From Octopus sinensis (taxonomy: Eukaryota), in NCBI RefSeq assembly GCF_006345805.1, contig NC_043010.1, positions 55,738,001 through 55,802,000 of the forward strand: a stretch of 64,000 nt of DNA. Reading direction: 5' to 3'. This document shows positions 25,268-40,100 of the stretch, in pieces. The notes beneath the pieces were generated by a model. The model did not search any database, was not told where the DNA came from, and saw only the letters and a list, made by a program, of their open reading frames with translations. A program made the position numbers and the translations under genes. The stretch's first letter is position 1; each line of letters begins with the position of its first letter.

Positions 25268-28200
25268 CATGTCTGGAAAATAAGAGTGGATGCATTTGAG
25301 CAATTTATTTCAGTCAAGTAAAATGTACCATTTTTCATGCCTACTCTTATAGACTATTGTACACTTAATTAGTGATTCTCTAATCACTAGATGATAGTTA
25401 ACATCATATTTTCCTTACTGCATAACTAATGGTGTTTTATACATATAACTTGATAATTTTTCTTGTAGATGGCATCCCCTAGTAATTTATTCTTTATCTA
25501 TCTTTAGTACAATATAGCTGCCTGTGGTCATCAGCCCAAAGCAAATGGCCCATACGTTGCTATGCTCCATTGAAGTTCAATATTAATAGCCATTATGGTG
25601 GCTGTTGCTCTCTTGTCTTCATATCAAATGCTTATGGCTCAGAAGGGTCCAACACCACAGCACAGATGTTTCTGCTGCGTTCTGGCTTCAATTGCAATCA
25701 TTTTGCAGTAGTCTCAATAGTTCAAAGTTATCAAGGTAAGTTTACTTCAAACACTATAATTATCAACTACATAATTAAGTACATTACTTACATTCGATGG
25801 ATATTTGTCCTCATCTTGTTTGTTGTTAACACGTTTCAGCTGATATACCCTCCAGCCTTCTTCAGGTGTCTTGGGAAATTTCAAACCTGCATTCTCATTC
25901 ATGTTATTATTACTATTATTATTATTGTTCAGGTCACTTCTTGGAATCAAACTCGAAATCTTGAGGTTAGTAGCCCATGCTTTTAACCACTATGCCATAG
26001 GCTGTGGGCAATTATGGAATGAATTTTAGGGCTTATAAATGTAATATTTTTCAATCCTTCCTTAATACTGGTTCTCATATGCTGCTCATATCTGCACTCA
26101 GTCTGCTTAGGAGGTTGTTGTGTCCTAGCATATGTGCTGCTTCTTTTAGCTTTCATATTTTCCAGTGGTGTTCTCTGTCTATTATTTTAACTTCATCCCA
26201 AAGGGGGAGGTGGTCTCCATTTTCCCATACATGATCAGCTATACCCGATTTATGAATATCTCCTTGTGTCACAACTTTGCAATGTTTGTCTTCCCTTATT
26301 TTGAGGGGGTGGCATATTTTGCCTTTGTATAACCTACCACAGCTGCATGGGATGGAGTACATGCAGTTCTTAATCATATTCTCCTCTATTGGTGGTTTTA
26401 CTCGAAGGAGATATTTGCAAAGTGTTGTATTACTCTTGAATACTGACCTGATGTCATATGGGCCACATATCTTTTGTATCTTTTCAGAGAGGCCATTCAC
26501 ATAGGGTAGACAGACTGTGGACAGTTTATTGGCCTCATCCTCTCTCTTCTTCATAATTAGAATGGATAATATACTTTTGGAGTAGTTGTTGCTTAACAGA
26601 TCATTATTGAGCTTGATCATTTCTTCATAGAAAGAAATAATGATCTGTTAAGCAATAACAACAACAATAATAATAATAATAATAATAACCTCAAAAATTA
26701 CCTTTGGAATGAGAACCCAGGTTTGAAATTTCCCCAAGACACCTGAAGAAGGCTGGAGGGTATATCAGCTGAAAAAACAAGATGAGGACAAATATCTGTC
26801 GAATGTATATAATTCCTCATCTCTTAAATATAGAACTGTACATAATTAAGGTTATCTTATCTTATACATATATAAAAGCAAGTTGTCTGTTTGTGTCAAA
26901 GTTGCCATATACATCCATTAGTAAATTTTCGTGAAACTTTACAAACATTCTAAAGTAACATCCAGTTTGTTACTAAACTCATTGAAGTTTAATAAAAATC
27001 TATAATTGGATGGCCACAGCCTCTGGAAAGGATCCTTATATATAACTAAAGTATTTTATTTTAACAGCCAAGGGAAATAATCCATTCCTTTTCTTATATT
27101 ATTTGGTAGAAACCAAGCTATGTTTATTTTTTAGTATTTGAACTGCTACAGTTATTTTCGCAATTTATCAACTACAACCCTTTAACAAGTAAATAGTATT
27201 TTCCTAAACAATAGATCCACTTACTTTGGTTAGTGACTTATTCACGAATATACCATGAATGACGATGCAGTTGTGGTTCTATAAAAGGCAAAGTTCTGAG
27301 TGATTGCAGGTTCATCATCTGGGATGAAGCAGCAAAATTTCCCTTGAGACATAAAGTTTCCTTTGAAGCTCTTGACATGGCCCTTCAGGATCTGAAACAG
27401 AACACCAGGCTCATGGGAGGTTCCACAATCTTGCTTGCTGGAGACTTTAGGCAAACCGTTCCTGTGGTTCCAAAGGGGACAAGATCTAATGAAGTAAATG
27501 CCAGCATAAAGTCGTCCCTACCTATGGAGCAGTGTGCGAAAGATGAGACTCACAACCAACATGAGAGTGCAGCTCAGTGGTGATGATGCAGACAGAATCT
27601 TTTCAAAGCAACTATTGCACTTTGGTAATGGCACTTCAGTTGGTGAAAAGGATGGCTGGGTAAGCTTGCCTTTTGGACACATGGTATCTGATTTAAAGGA
27701 ACTAATGAATAAGGTGTTTCTTAACCTGAGGAATCAGTTTACAGACCATAACTGACTGAAAACCCGTGCCATTTTAGCTCCAAAAACTGTGGCAGTTGAT
27801 GATTTGAGCTTTAAATTTCTGGAACAGTTGCCAGGTGAGTATCACATCTACAATTCCATTGATGCAGTACTCAACATTGATGAAGCTGTGAATTATCTAG
27901 TTAAACTTTTGAATAGTCTAACACCACCTGGCCTCCCATCTCACAACTTGCACCTCAACATTGGGGCACTAATTATGCTGCTTCGAAACCTCAATCCACC
28001 AAAGTTTTGCCATGGCACATGACTGTTGGCATAAAGAAGATGATGTCAACAGTCTTTGACTGGTAAAGCAAGCGGTGAGCCTGCATTCATTCCTAGAATT
28101 CTACTTATTCCCTTGGATATGCCTTTCCAGTACAATTCCCATTGAAACTGAGCATTGCAATGAGCATTAACAAGGCCCAGGGGCAGTCCTTGAATGTGGT

Positions 28201-30864
28201 AGGTCTGAACCTTGTCAAACCAGTTTTCCCCCATGGCCAACTTTATGTGAGATGCTCAAGAGTCGGCAATCCTAATCATTTGTTTATTTATGCCCCACAA
28301 GGAAAGATCAAATATGTTGTTTATCAAGAAGCTCTGCAAACTTAATAAAATTCACCAAACCATGAGGTGTTTATTATTTAACTGTAATATTTGTAAGTGT
28401 TGTAAATGTATTGATAATCTACGTGTTATTTTATGCAAATTTATTTGTATGTCTGCTGTAAAACTAAATGTCAGTCTGTTTCTACATTCGTTGTAAATCT
28501 ATTTCAACACTAGCACCCCTAAGGGTTATATTCTCTGGGAATGCACAAAAGCCCTTTTCAGAGTTATTTACTTTGAATTGTTATTATCTCATATCTGATT
28601 AGCCTGTTATTACATAACATGCTTCATGATTTTGGTATACATACTTTATTAGTATTTCCACCTAAGTTCTGTATACCCTGGGAACACATTAAAGACCTTT
28701 ACGGGATTACTTTATTTGAATTCTTACTATCAGGTAACTAATTCCATGTTATTACATAACTGACTTCACAATTTGCCTATTCATAACTTATTCGGAATTC
28801 CTAAAAACAAGATCCTGTGAAAGACAGTTCGGTATTCTCTGTAAATGCATAAAAACCATTTTAAGGGCTACATACTTTGTATTTATGTTATTGGATTAGC
28901 AAAACAATTAAGAGAACTAAACCAAGGGATAAGCCCCACTTTTTCGGAAATTACTGGATATGTCAGCTAGTTATTTATGTAATTATCACAATTAACATTA
29001 CATTGTTTGAATAATTAATAAATTAACAAACATATTATTATTTAATATGATTAACCACATAATTACAAAAGGAATATAGTGAAGTTTTGGCACAAATTTA
29101 TCTGTAGAAGAACTGAATGAGTTTAATTGCCATAAAGACTATAATGGTTCAAAGTTTTTGTAAGAGAGATAGATGCTGACGTTTGGGTTGTGGGTTAGAA
29201 ATTGATGAATTGTAGAATGAGTAGGCAGTTGATTGAGTGGTCTGAGTTCAATAGAAGATTATGCTCAATAGAAGGCTGAAGAAATTATGTGGAAGGAAAT
29301 GTGTTGTTTTATAATAAAGTGAGATTGAATGCAATGGATGGAGTTGACACGGTCAAAATGTCTAGGGAGTTGATGGTGGCAGGGAATTACAGTGTTGGGT
29401 TAAAACTATTAACAAAAATGTTAGCTCAGTGATTGTTCAATTCAGCATACTGGGTATAAATTTGGGCTTTTGTGTGACCTATAAACAACTTAGCACAATT
29501 GTAGTCAATGTAGAGTATTTTGGTTACTTGACTCTACTTTTGAATCAGAGTGAAAGTAGTTTACAATAAAGGTAATTTCAGAAATGCAAAGAAGTATATA
29601 TGTGCTAGGTTCAAAAAATGATGTGAAACATGGTGAAAGAGCTTGAGGGCCAAGATGTCATCATGTTGTTTTACTTCGTTATTGTTGTAGTTGTCATCAC
29701 AGCTATTAATTAATCATTATTGCCAATTATTGTATCATATACTTTTTTTTTTTTTACCTCTAATACAGGTCATTTAATCCCAGCTAGTAGTTTTATAACT
29801 AATGAGAATGGAGAACTCATTGTTGACTGCTTTTCTGGCTCAAATCATGTGATGCTAATGTCAAACTGGAAGGTCAACGGACATTGTGGACATGGCTTGG
29901 TGTTTAAAGGAAGTGATGATTGTGAGGAATATACTAATTGCCCACTCAATGTAAATGGTTGTTATGATAAGATTCATGGAAGTGGCTGCAGCCTCATTAT
30001 CTGCAGTGCCCTTCAGGAAAACACAGTTGTCAGTGCATGTTACCTCATCCGCAGTGGGCACAAAGGAAATACATTTCAGAAGTCATTTATTAAAGGTGAA
30101 GATCAGTGGGAGTTTTCTGTTAATTCAAGTGGTCAATTGTTGGTGAAAGGCTGTGCACACTCTGTTTATAGTTTATATCATAACCGAGAAAATCTTAACA
30201 ACAATAAGAAGAAAGCAAAAACCATTTTTGTATCAAACCATGATGGCTCTTTGCATTCCAAACTGATTGAATTTTCATACTGTCTCCCTCATGCATCCTT
30301 AATTGCACTCTGTTCTCATTCTTGTGGCCAGCAAGATGCAACTTCAGCATCTGCATATTTAATAACATTGTCCAAAGGAACCACTCAGGTGTTACTTTTG
30401 TCTGAGAGTTTTGGAGAGGGTTGCATTCATCGCAGTGAATGGAAATTTGAAGTGGATAAAGTCACTAAATTTCTTCAGGTGTGTGGTCCACCAGGTCCAG
30501 CCAGATTTGCTCTGATAACAAATATCGAAGAAGAGACATCAAATTTGACTGAACTCCAATCAAAAGATATTTGTGTTGTTACTGGTGGTAGTGATGAGGG
30601 TTTGTTTATGGGATGTGTGGAGTTTGGAGAAGATAGAATCAACGGCATTCTGAACAGAAGATGTGACATATATATTTCAGTGAATAGTTTGATTGTAGCA
30701 CAGATACAAACAGAAGAGTTGGTAGCAACTGGCTCAAATTGGATCTTTAACAGACAGTGGGCAGAAAATGAAATCCTGCTTGGTCTGAATCTTGTGCAAG
30801 TTTTTGCTAATCTCATCACTGACCAAACACAAAGTAAGTTTCTTCAAATGTTGTTGTTGTTTTT

Positions 30865-30895
<31 letters not shown>

Positions 30896-33800
30896 TTATT
30901 ATTATTATTATATTATTATTATTATTATCATCATTATTATTATTATCATTATCATCATCATTATTATTCTATGTTTGACTTTTGCTTTACATTTGTTCAA
31001 GTTGGCTCCAAGTCTCATCCAGAGACCTCAAGAGACAAAAAATTGGAAGTTCATGTTGGTGTTAATGCCTAGGGTGCCATATATTTGGTTTTGTACATAG
31101 TGTTGTTCTAGAGAATGTTTAAGAAACCATAAGAAAAATATAAGTTTGTTTTAAAACTTGAGATTACATAGAAAGTATTTTACGTAGGATATGGGTAGTT
31201 CCCATGAGCCCTATCTTTTGAATTTCTGCCATTTTGGGGTTTCCTGGTATCTGAGCTAGGTAGCAATCAGCCCCTTTTGCTATGATTCCTAGAGCACATA
31301 TGACAAGTATTGTTTTAGTCTTCAGGTTCCACATTTTGCCAATTTCTATTTCAAGATCTTTATAGTTGCTCAGTTTTTGGTAGATCTTGACAGATACATT
31401 TATGTTGATTGGGACAGTCATATCAATGAGGAGGCATGATTTTTGTCTGAAGTCTTTCAATATAATATCTGGCCTATTCATATCTATTTTTCTGTCAGTT
31501 TGAATTCACATACAGAAATAAAAAATAAAAAATATAAAAAATAAGAAATAAAAAATATAAGAAAAAAAATTATGATGATAAAAAGGGGGGGGGGGCATAC
31601 ACACACACACACATACATAAATTTATCTACCTAACAGTCCACTAACTATTCTACTCTACCTGTGTAAACTGTTTTATTTCTTATTTTTTATATTTTTTAT
31701 TTCTGTATGTAAGCATTTAGATATGTAAATAAACAGATCAACATACAGACGGATAGGTACATTGGTTACAAGAACAGACACATATGGAGACACGGATCCA
31801 CACATATAAAGATGCACATCTATACATACAAACATAGTACATAGTTACATAACATACACACACACAGATATGCACACACAAGGAGACAGAGGTGTATACA
31901 CATACAAACACATACACAGGAAATACACAAACACGGACAGGCAAGCACATAAATATGCAGGATACGTACATACAGTTGCACACACATACATACATACATA
32001 CATACATATGCATGCATACACATATATACATACATACACATGCAAACACACACACACACACACACATACATACGTACATGTATACATGTATAGGCACACA
32101 CACACTGACCCACACACATGGGCACAAACAAACAAAAAGGAACACAGTGTAAATAACGGACAGAGTCAAGACTATTGAAAAGGTTGCAAGACGCAACGAA
32201 AATTTTAGGAAAATAAAAATAAGAAAAAAGTGGAAATTTTACCGGTGAGTGTGTTAAATAATAAGGTACTAAAAGAGAATGACTCTCCCCAGACACAACA
32301 TAATATGCTTCAACACACGAACTCATATAAAGAATCTTGCAAACCAAATCCAAAAACGATTTATCTTCAGTTAAGGTTGGAAAAAATGGGATCCAAATTA
32401 AATCACGGATTTGTACAAATAAAGTTGTTTTGAAATGTCGGCGACATTTAAATCACTTTGGTTACAAAGGTGACACCCTCTTAGAAAAAAATCATCACTA
32501 GTTTTGATTTATAAAAGTTTAGAGTGGATAATTAATGAATTCCCTTGGTATATAATGCAACATTATTGGATATTTACTGGAGGGGACATAGAAAGTTTTA
32601 GCAAGATAGACATTATTAAAAATACACACAGAATGACATTATTGAAATTATACTGAGGAATGTTTACTGGAAAATTTATTTCTTTTCTCTGTAGAAATTG
32701 AACTTCAGGGATCACCATGTCAGTTGATCAAACAACCAGTTGGAGTGGTTGTTGCCATTAACTGTGGAGGACCTTCTTACCAATCACTGGTTGACAATAT
32801 TGTTTATGTAAGCGAACACTCTCAGTTTGCCAACTACTCTTATTCCTATATATTCGGTAAGTCAATGTTGTTTAGTCTCAAATTACCTCTCCTTCAACAA
32901 AACTAAGATCTATGACCATTCTCACTTATAGTCAGATATATCTTGGGTCACATTATCTAAAGTATACTTTCTTTATTTGAACAGTATAATATAGTTTGAA
33001 GGACAGTGAGCTATTATTTCTAACTGTTGTTTAAGCATTTAAGGTGGTGTTAGGGATATATAGCATAGAGGACAACTGGGAGTTTCTACAGGACAAACTA
33101 TAGACTAAATCTGTGGCTGGTGCAAAGTACTTGCCAAAAAAGGAATCATGTGGCCAGAACAAAGGGTCATCAGTGAAATAGACAGAGATATAAAAGCAAA
33201 AAGACTGTCTTGGAAAGACTGAAAATTATATCAGGCAGTCAGAAGAGAAGCTAGGGAAAACGTTTACATAGCAATGGTGAAGCAAAAAATATTCTACAAC
33301 ACGAGGATCAGAGACATGAAATGTTCTGGATTGCAAGACAGTGGATCAGAGAAAATTAAGATTTTGTGGAAAAGCGGTGTGCATAGGTGGTTAATGGTGT
33401 ACTTGCACTTAGTAATGCTGATAAGAAAGAAGCATGGAAGTGCAATGGTGGAAAGCTATTCATCAGAAAAAATCACAAGAGAAAAAAGAATTTTCCAACA
33501 TGGGGCCAGCTATCCTAGTTGATAGCAGTATGATAATGTAATTACAAATATGAGGGCAGGGAAACCTGTGGTCAATCAAGAATCACTGCTGAGATGCTTA
33601 AAGTATCTGGTGAAGTAGAATATAACCTAGTCACTTGAATAGTTTATCAAGTGTACAGGAAGGTACCACACCCAATGACTGGTACAATTAGCTGTTACAA
33701 GATTAAAGGAGATGCATTAGATAGAAGTAATTACAGAGGAATCAAATTATGGGACAAGGACATGGAAGATACTGAATTAGTTATAGCTCAAAAAATTAGG

Positions 33801-36800
33801 AACAAAATCAAACTATATGAGATACAGCATGGTTTTGTGCTAGAGAGAAGTACTACTGATACCAATTTTGTAGTCAGAGAAATGCAAAAGTACTTAGCTA
33901 AAAGTAAACCACTGTACTTGGTTATTGGTGATCCGGAGAAAGTTTTAAACAGAGTCCCTCCCTCTGTGATTTGTGGTCTCTGAGGAATCCTGGGTAGATG
34001 AATAGCTTGTGAGAGCTATTTACTGTAGTATTGTCAATAAGAATTAGTTATAAATAGTGAGAAATTTAGAGTACAAGCAGTTTATAAGAGCTTGGTTCTT
34101 AGTCCCTTCCTATTCATCAGAGCCCTCTAGGTCATAGCAGACGAATTCGAAGTCAGATGCTACTAGATGTTGATGACCTCATACGCATAGTAGCATCTGT
34201 AGTAGAACAAGAAATGGAATTCCAGACATGGAAGCGAAACCTAGGATCAAAGAGTTTTGAAATTACCTTACAAAGACTAAAGTTCTAGTAAAGAGGAAAA
34301 CAAAAAGTACTCTATTCCAAACAGGTAAATAGAACCGCTAGATATGTCAGCAGAAACTCCATACAGTTTATCTAGTGCAAGTAAAAGACAAACAATAGGT
34401 GTAGTGGAATAAAAGGGAGGCTAACAGAGAAATAGATTTTCTTGAATGTCCAGGAGACTCCCCAGTGGTTGTAGATGGTTGACTTATTTAGCAGTGGATG
34501 AGGATGTTCTGAAAGTAGAGTTGCAAGGTTAAGAATAGGATGGAGTAAGTTGGGAGAGTTATTACCTCTGTTGGCAACAAAAAAATCTCTCCCAGAGAAA
34601 AAATTTGATTGTATGATGCTCATGTACAAACATACATGCCAAATGGGAGTGAGATGTGGCAGGACGTGCATTGATTAGAGTGAAATGAAGCTAGTATGCT
34701 CTGTTAGATGTGTAATGTTATGTGTATTTATGACAAAGAGTAAATGTGCTCAGAAAAAATTTAGGTGGAATCAGATGTAGCATGTAAGAATAAAGACGTG
34801 GCTTGACCATGAGATGTTTAAGGATTAGAAAGTGCTGGTTGTTTAAAGCAGATGGAACTTGTGGAAGGTAGACTCAAGAAGATACAAGACAAAGTAGTCA
34901 AGATTGATTTCAAGATTCTGAGTCTCAAGGAGGAGGTGAAAAAGAACCAAAATGCTTGGTGATTTCATGTACTGAAGAAGACCCGTCTATCACAAAGAAA
35001 ATATCTAGACATGCTAGACTCTACTCTGTCTTCTCTGTCATGCATTGTCCAGTTGACATTGTCTGCATCACTCTTGTAAGTATAGCATTACTCAGCAGCT
35101 GTAATCACTTGAGATCAGAATTGGTACATCACCCCACAGTTTTTGAGCAACCAATTATCTCCCTCCACACCTGAAATTACTACCTATTAACATCTGTCTC
35201 ATTCTTATCCCTTTTCACGTGATTCTTTTTCACCAATAACCCACTTTTAATGCCTTTAGTTATCTCTCCCTATTCTCTGAGCAACATCTAACACTTAACA
35301 TACCTTGTCTTTAGCACCACTCATGTCTGCCAGCAATGCCCCCATCCCCATTGCCATCCTTAACTACCTCTCATCTGTACATCTATGTCACTATACATCA
35401 CCTTGCACATCATTCCCCAACTTTCTCATCTATCACTTCCTGAACCACTTCTATCTCTCTCACTTCACCTTACCCCCCTCCATACTGACATTTCTTATCA
35501 ATCGTATCTCCATCTTTGTTCATCACTCACTACATTCACTTCTAAGTATGTTACCCTCCTCTCATGCTCTCATGAAATTACCCACTCATCCTCCCACTGA
35601 TCTATTCTATTCTCTCTTATCCGCACCTTCTTGCATCTTGAGATGCTCTACCAACTCATCACCACAATTTCTATCTCCTTTCCAGCCATTGCTATTTAAT
35701 CTTATATAATACAGGGTAGACATGTACCTCTTTTGTATCAAGAGACCAGTGCTTGTCTTTCTATCATATTTAGCATAAAGCTATTCCCTCCCCCTCTCTC
35801 AAATACATCCTCCATTCAGTCAAATGGATTTTTTTTCCCCTTCTACTCATCTTCTAAGTTACTTGGTGACCTCACTAATGCTGGTGTCCCCAAAAAAGCA
35901 GCCAGTATACAAGTGGCTGGCATTAGGAAAGGCATCTAGCCATAAAAACCATGCCAAAGCTGACACTGGCATGCAACAATATCTTGTGGCTCATTGGATC
36001 CTGTCGAACTCTCCAGTCCATGCCATCATGGAAAACAGAGATTAAATGTTGATAATGAAACATATATGCATGAAAGCTAATAACGGCTGAGTGTTTATTG
36101 CATTGAAAAGTGAATTAGCTGTGAAGACATTTAAATGGGAATACTCCCCTGATATTTACCAATTGTACTGTTGAGTTTCTGTTACTTTCAGGAGATTACA
36201 TAAGCTATCTATTGCAGTGTCTAAATCATTTATAATATGTTTATTACTTGCAAGCTGTATAATGTTTCTTTCTTTCTTTTTTTTTTTCTTTTTTTTGCCT
36301 AAAATCTATGTCTGCTTGTGAGAGTGTATATGACTTGGTGCATACAAAATTACTTATTTATTGGAACATTCCAATGGTACTCAGAGTTCCTTTTTTCTAC
36401 TTTACATTATGGTTGTTCTTATTCTTGTCAAATAATGCTCAATATCATCCATAAAAATGTTTTGATGTCTTTGATATTTTCAGGAAGCCGATGGAAATGT
36501 CTTGGAGGTATCAAAACAAATGTTTCAGTTACACAACAAATCACAGGAACTGAAGATAACTTTCTGTACCTTACATCGCGAAGCCCTGATGTTGAGGCTG
36601 CTGATGAACAAGATGTCATATATACAGTATGTGTGTGTGTATATATATATCATCATCATTATCATCATAATTTAATGTCTGCTTTCCATGCTAGCATGGG
36701 TTAGACTGCTTGACTGAACTGGTAAACCAGAGAGCTGCACCAGGCTCCAGTCTTATTTTGGCTTGGTTTCTACAGCTGGATGACCAATTTGAGAGTGTAG

Positions 36801-37156
36801 TGGGTGCCTCTGTGTTACTGGCATGGGTGCTTTTATGTGTCACCAGCATGGATACAGTTATATGTCACTGGCTCTGGCCACAACTACGATTTCACTTGAC
36901 TTGACAAGTCTTCTCTAGCATAGAAAATTGCCAAAGGTCATGATCACTTCTCATCACTTCTGTGAGACCCCATATTCAAAAATCATGCTTCACCACCTCG
37001 TTCCATGTCTTCCTGGGCCTACCTCTTCCACAAGTTCCCTCCACAGTTAGAAATCAGCACTTCTTTATGCAGCTGTCCTCATCCATAGGCATCACATGAC
37101 CATACCAGCGCAAACATCTCTCTTATTTGAGATGCCTCTTGTACCCAATGCTTATG

Positions 37157-37187
<31 letters not shown>

Positions 37188-40100
37188 GTATATATAGTCT
37201 ATAAGTTTGATATATATATGTGTGTGTGTGCATATATATCAGTTTATGCAGTATGGTCTAAAAGTCACAAAGATGTTTCAATATTTAATAAATTCTTAAT
37301 TTTTTGTTTTAAATTTCCAATAGCTTAGCATCATTTACAATATATGCAATTAACCTGTGATTTACCTGTGATTTTTCATGTCTAAATCACAAGGAAAGTA
37401 ATCAAAATTTCATACCTTTTCATTACTTTTGGCCCACCCTGTGTATATATATAGAAACAATTTGACAGTAAACTAAAGGATTACTCGATACTTTTCAACA
37501 GAGCAATGCAGACCTACAATGTCTGCTTTGCCATACAACCAACATCAGGCTGTCCTTCCTAATGCCAACTGCTTCACAAGTGTAAATGGTGCTTTTCTGT
37601 GGCATTAACATGCATATATAGTACACATAGCCCAAATTTAAGCAATCAGTTCATTGATCTCATTCATTGTTCCTGTGTTTGAAATTAAGGAAATGTAATT
37701 GAGTGATTGATTTTATGAGGAGAGGGCTGTCAATTATTAAGGGAATTCAAAGAGATAGGTCAAACAAAGAAGAAGGCCTTAAAAGTTGGACAGAAAGTCA
37801 GGGATAAATCTCTCAAATAACTGCAAAAGTAAATACAGTTAAGATGGCAGGTTAGAACAAAGTATTGTACAAAGTTTAGGGGCCTTAAAGTTTCACTAGG
37901 CAGTTGAATTAGCCATATGGCATAATTTTTAATTCCAAATACTCAAATTTTGATGTAAATTTAGCTTTACTCTCAGTATTGAATACACAGTCAATAAATG
38001 TCCTGTTGTTATTCTTTAACATGCTTTAAAATAACCTTAATTAAATACAAACATGCACATCTATGTGTATAATGTTGAGTATATAATGTTGTTTTTTTTT
38101 ATCGTGAAAATAATTGTTATCTAGATGTCAAACTCTATAACAAGCAGTTAAAAATATTCCATATCACTTTTTAGATACAGGAAAAGTAACTGCATAATTC
38201 CTTTTGTCATCATAATCTAATGTCCAAGTTCCATGTTGGCACAAGTTGGACAGTTTGATAGGATCTAATGTGTCCAAGGACTACATTATGTACCAGTGTT
38301 TTTTGTTTGGGCATGGTTTCTATGGCTGAATGCCCTTACTAAGGCCAACCACTTTACAACATAGACTGGGTGCCTTTTATGTGCCACCTGTACTATTTTG
38401 AGGTTGCCATGCAGTTTACAGGACTACAAAGCCTGGAGGTGGAGAGTCAGTTTCATGATAGTGGACAAGGAAATTGAAATATGAGAAGTGGGAGGAGGCA
38501 GTACAAGTTTTTGTAAAGGATCTGCATTGTTACTCATATCTATTAGGGGAAGGAGAGAGAAAGAGAAAATGAACTGTTTTAAGCTGCAAGAAATAGATAA
38601 TGACAATGAAATTTCTAGACTGCTCCACAAGGCATGAGGTGAGTTGAAAAATCTGTTTGTATGATTGCACAGAAAGGAGAATGAGGGGATGGGGAGGCAG
38701 ACTGCCAGAATAGATAGGGTTGACGGGTAGATGAGCAAAGATCCATGAGTCAGGAGAGAGAGAGAGAGAAGGGTGAGCAGTAGGAGAAGTAAAGATGATA
38801 CAGTTGTCTGCAGGAGGACAAGAGAGTAGGTTAGTAGTCTGCAAGAGCCAGTGGGAGGGAGAAGAAAATGGGTCACAGTAACACAGGTGAAAAAATGTAA
38901 TAAATAATACTTCCAGAACTCAGCTTCACTGGTGAAGGCAGCTCTTTTAGAGAATCTGATATCACCAGAGATCACAGGCGTTTGTCATCTTCTCCATCAG
39001 GTTCAGGGTTTTGAAGTCAGACTTTATTGCCTACAAGTTTCACTTCTAAAATATGATAATCATTGTGATGAATGTGTGGCACACTTTAATAGAAGGCTAG
39101 CAGTCAAGTCATTACATATGCACAGTAAGATGCTTATCCTTTTTTAGAAATGAAACTGATAGGTAATAATTTGATTAATTACAATACCAAAGGAATTGTG
39201 CATTTTCTCCTTTTTATAATCTTCTTTGTGTCTTACTCTCTTAGTATACATATACATGCATATATGGCATACTTTATGATTGTGATTGTATTTTAAATAA
39301 AAAATGAAGTGTGATGTAAACTATTCTCTTATATTTTGACACTCAAATATTATTAATGTTGATGTTGTGGCTTTAATCTTCTTCTTCAGTTTGATGATGT
39401 TTCTAATGGCAACTTTATTCTTCGGTTGCACTGCCTAGTAGTCAATTGTGGCCGGATAACTGTCAATGGAGAAAATATTTCACAGAAGGTAAGAAATAGC
39501 TATAATATTATCATTATTATCACCCCTGATATTGTAACCTGCCTTTTTCTCATCATGAATGTCATTTACTCTCCACTTAAGATGCAAGGCCATAAGTGTC
39601 ATGCTCCTTCTGTCATGTTTATAAACTTTGTCTCATGATCACCATCACAGTTTTACCTGCATATCTCATGTCCTTTCAGTATAAAATAGTCAGAGAGAGA
39701 GAGAGAGTATGCCTTTAAATCTTGCAAGACCTCCCACACTGCTGAGACTGAATGCAACAAATACTTAGCTTAAAACATTCTATTGGTCAATTTCTGCAAG
39801 ATAGATGCTAGTGGAATTGTTACTCTACTAAAGTTACTTAGCATATGTATGTACTTTAATAAATGATTAGGAAATCCACAGGAGGATTCATCTTTACAAT
39901 TGCATTTCTTAAGGGGATCGGCACCATGCTTAATATCAATCAGATTCCTATTATGCTGGCTAATGTAAGAGGCGAAATTCCTGCAACAAGAATAGCTAAT
40001 CTTAAGGGTTCTTCTATATTCTATAGAATTTATGGTCCTGCTTAAAATGCTTAGAGACTAATTTCAAGAATTCCTTACCTATATTAGTTTTTACGGCCAA

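Noticed and set aside
27340-28345. Host PIF1 helicase gene
   Set aside because: Intronless, with stops and frameshifts, and bounded by Helitron termini.
29720-31072. Single-exon 450-aa protein
   Set aside because: Both ends are intronic read-through; the real exon is 29769-30833.
38420-39130. Further decayed retroelement relics (also ~5900-7420, 35000-35700, 45250-46200, 56000-56960)
   Set aside because: Only faint motif traces; boundaries and family cannot be assigned by eye.
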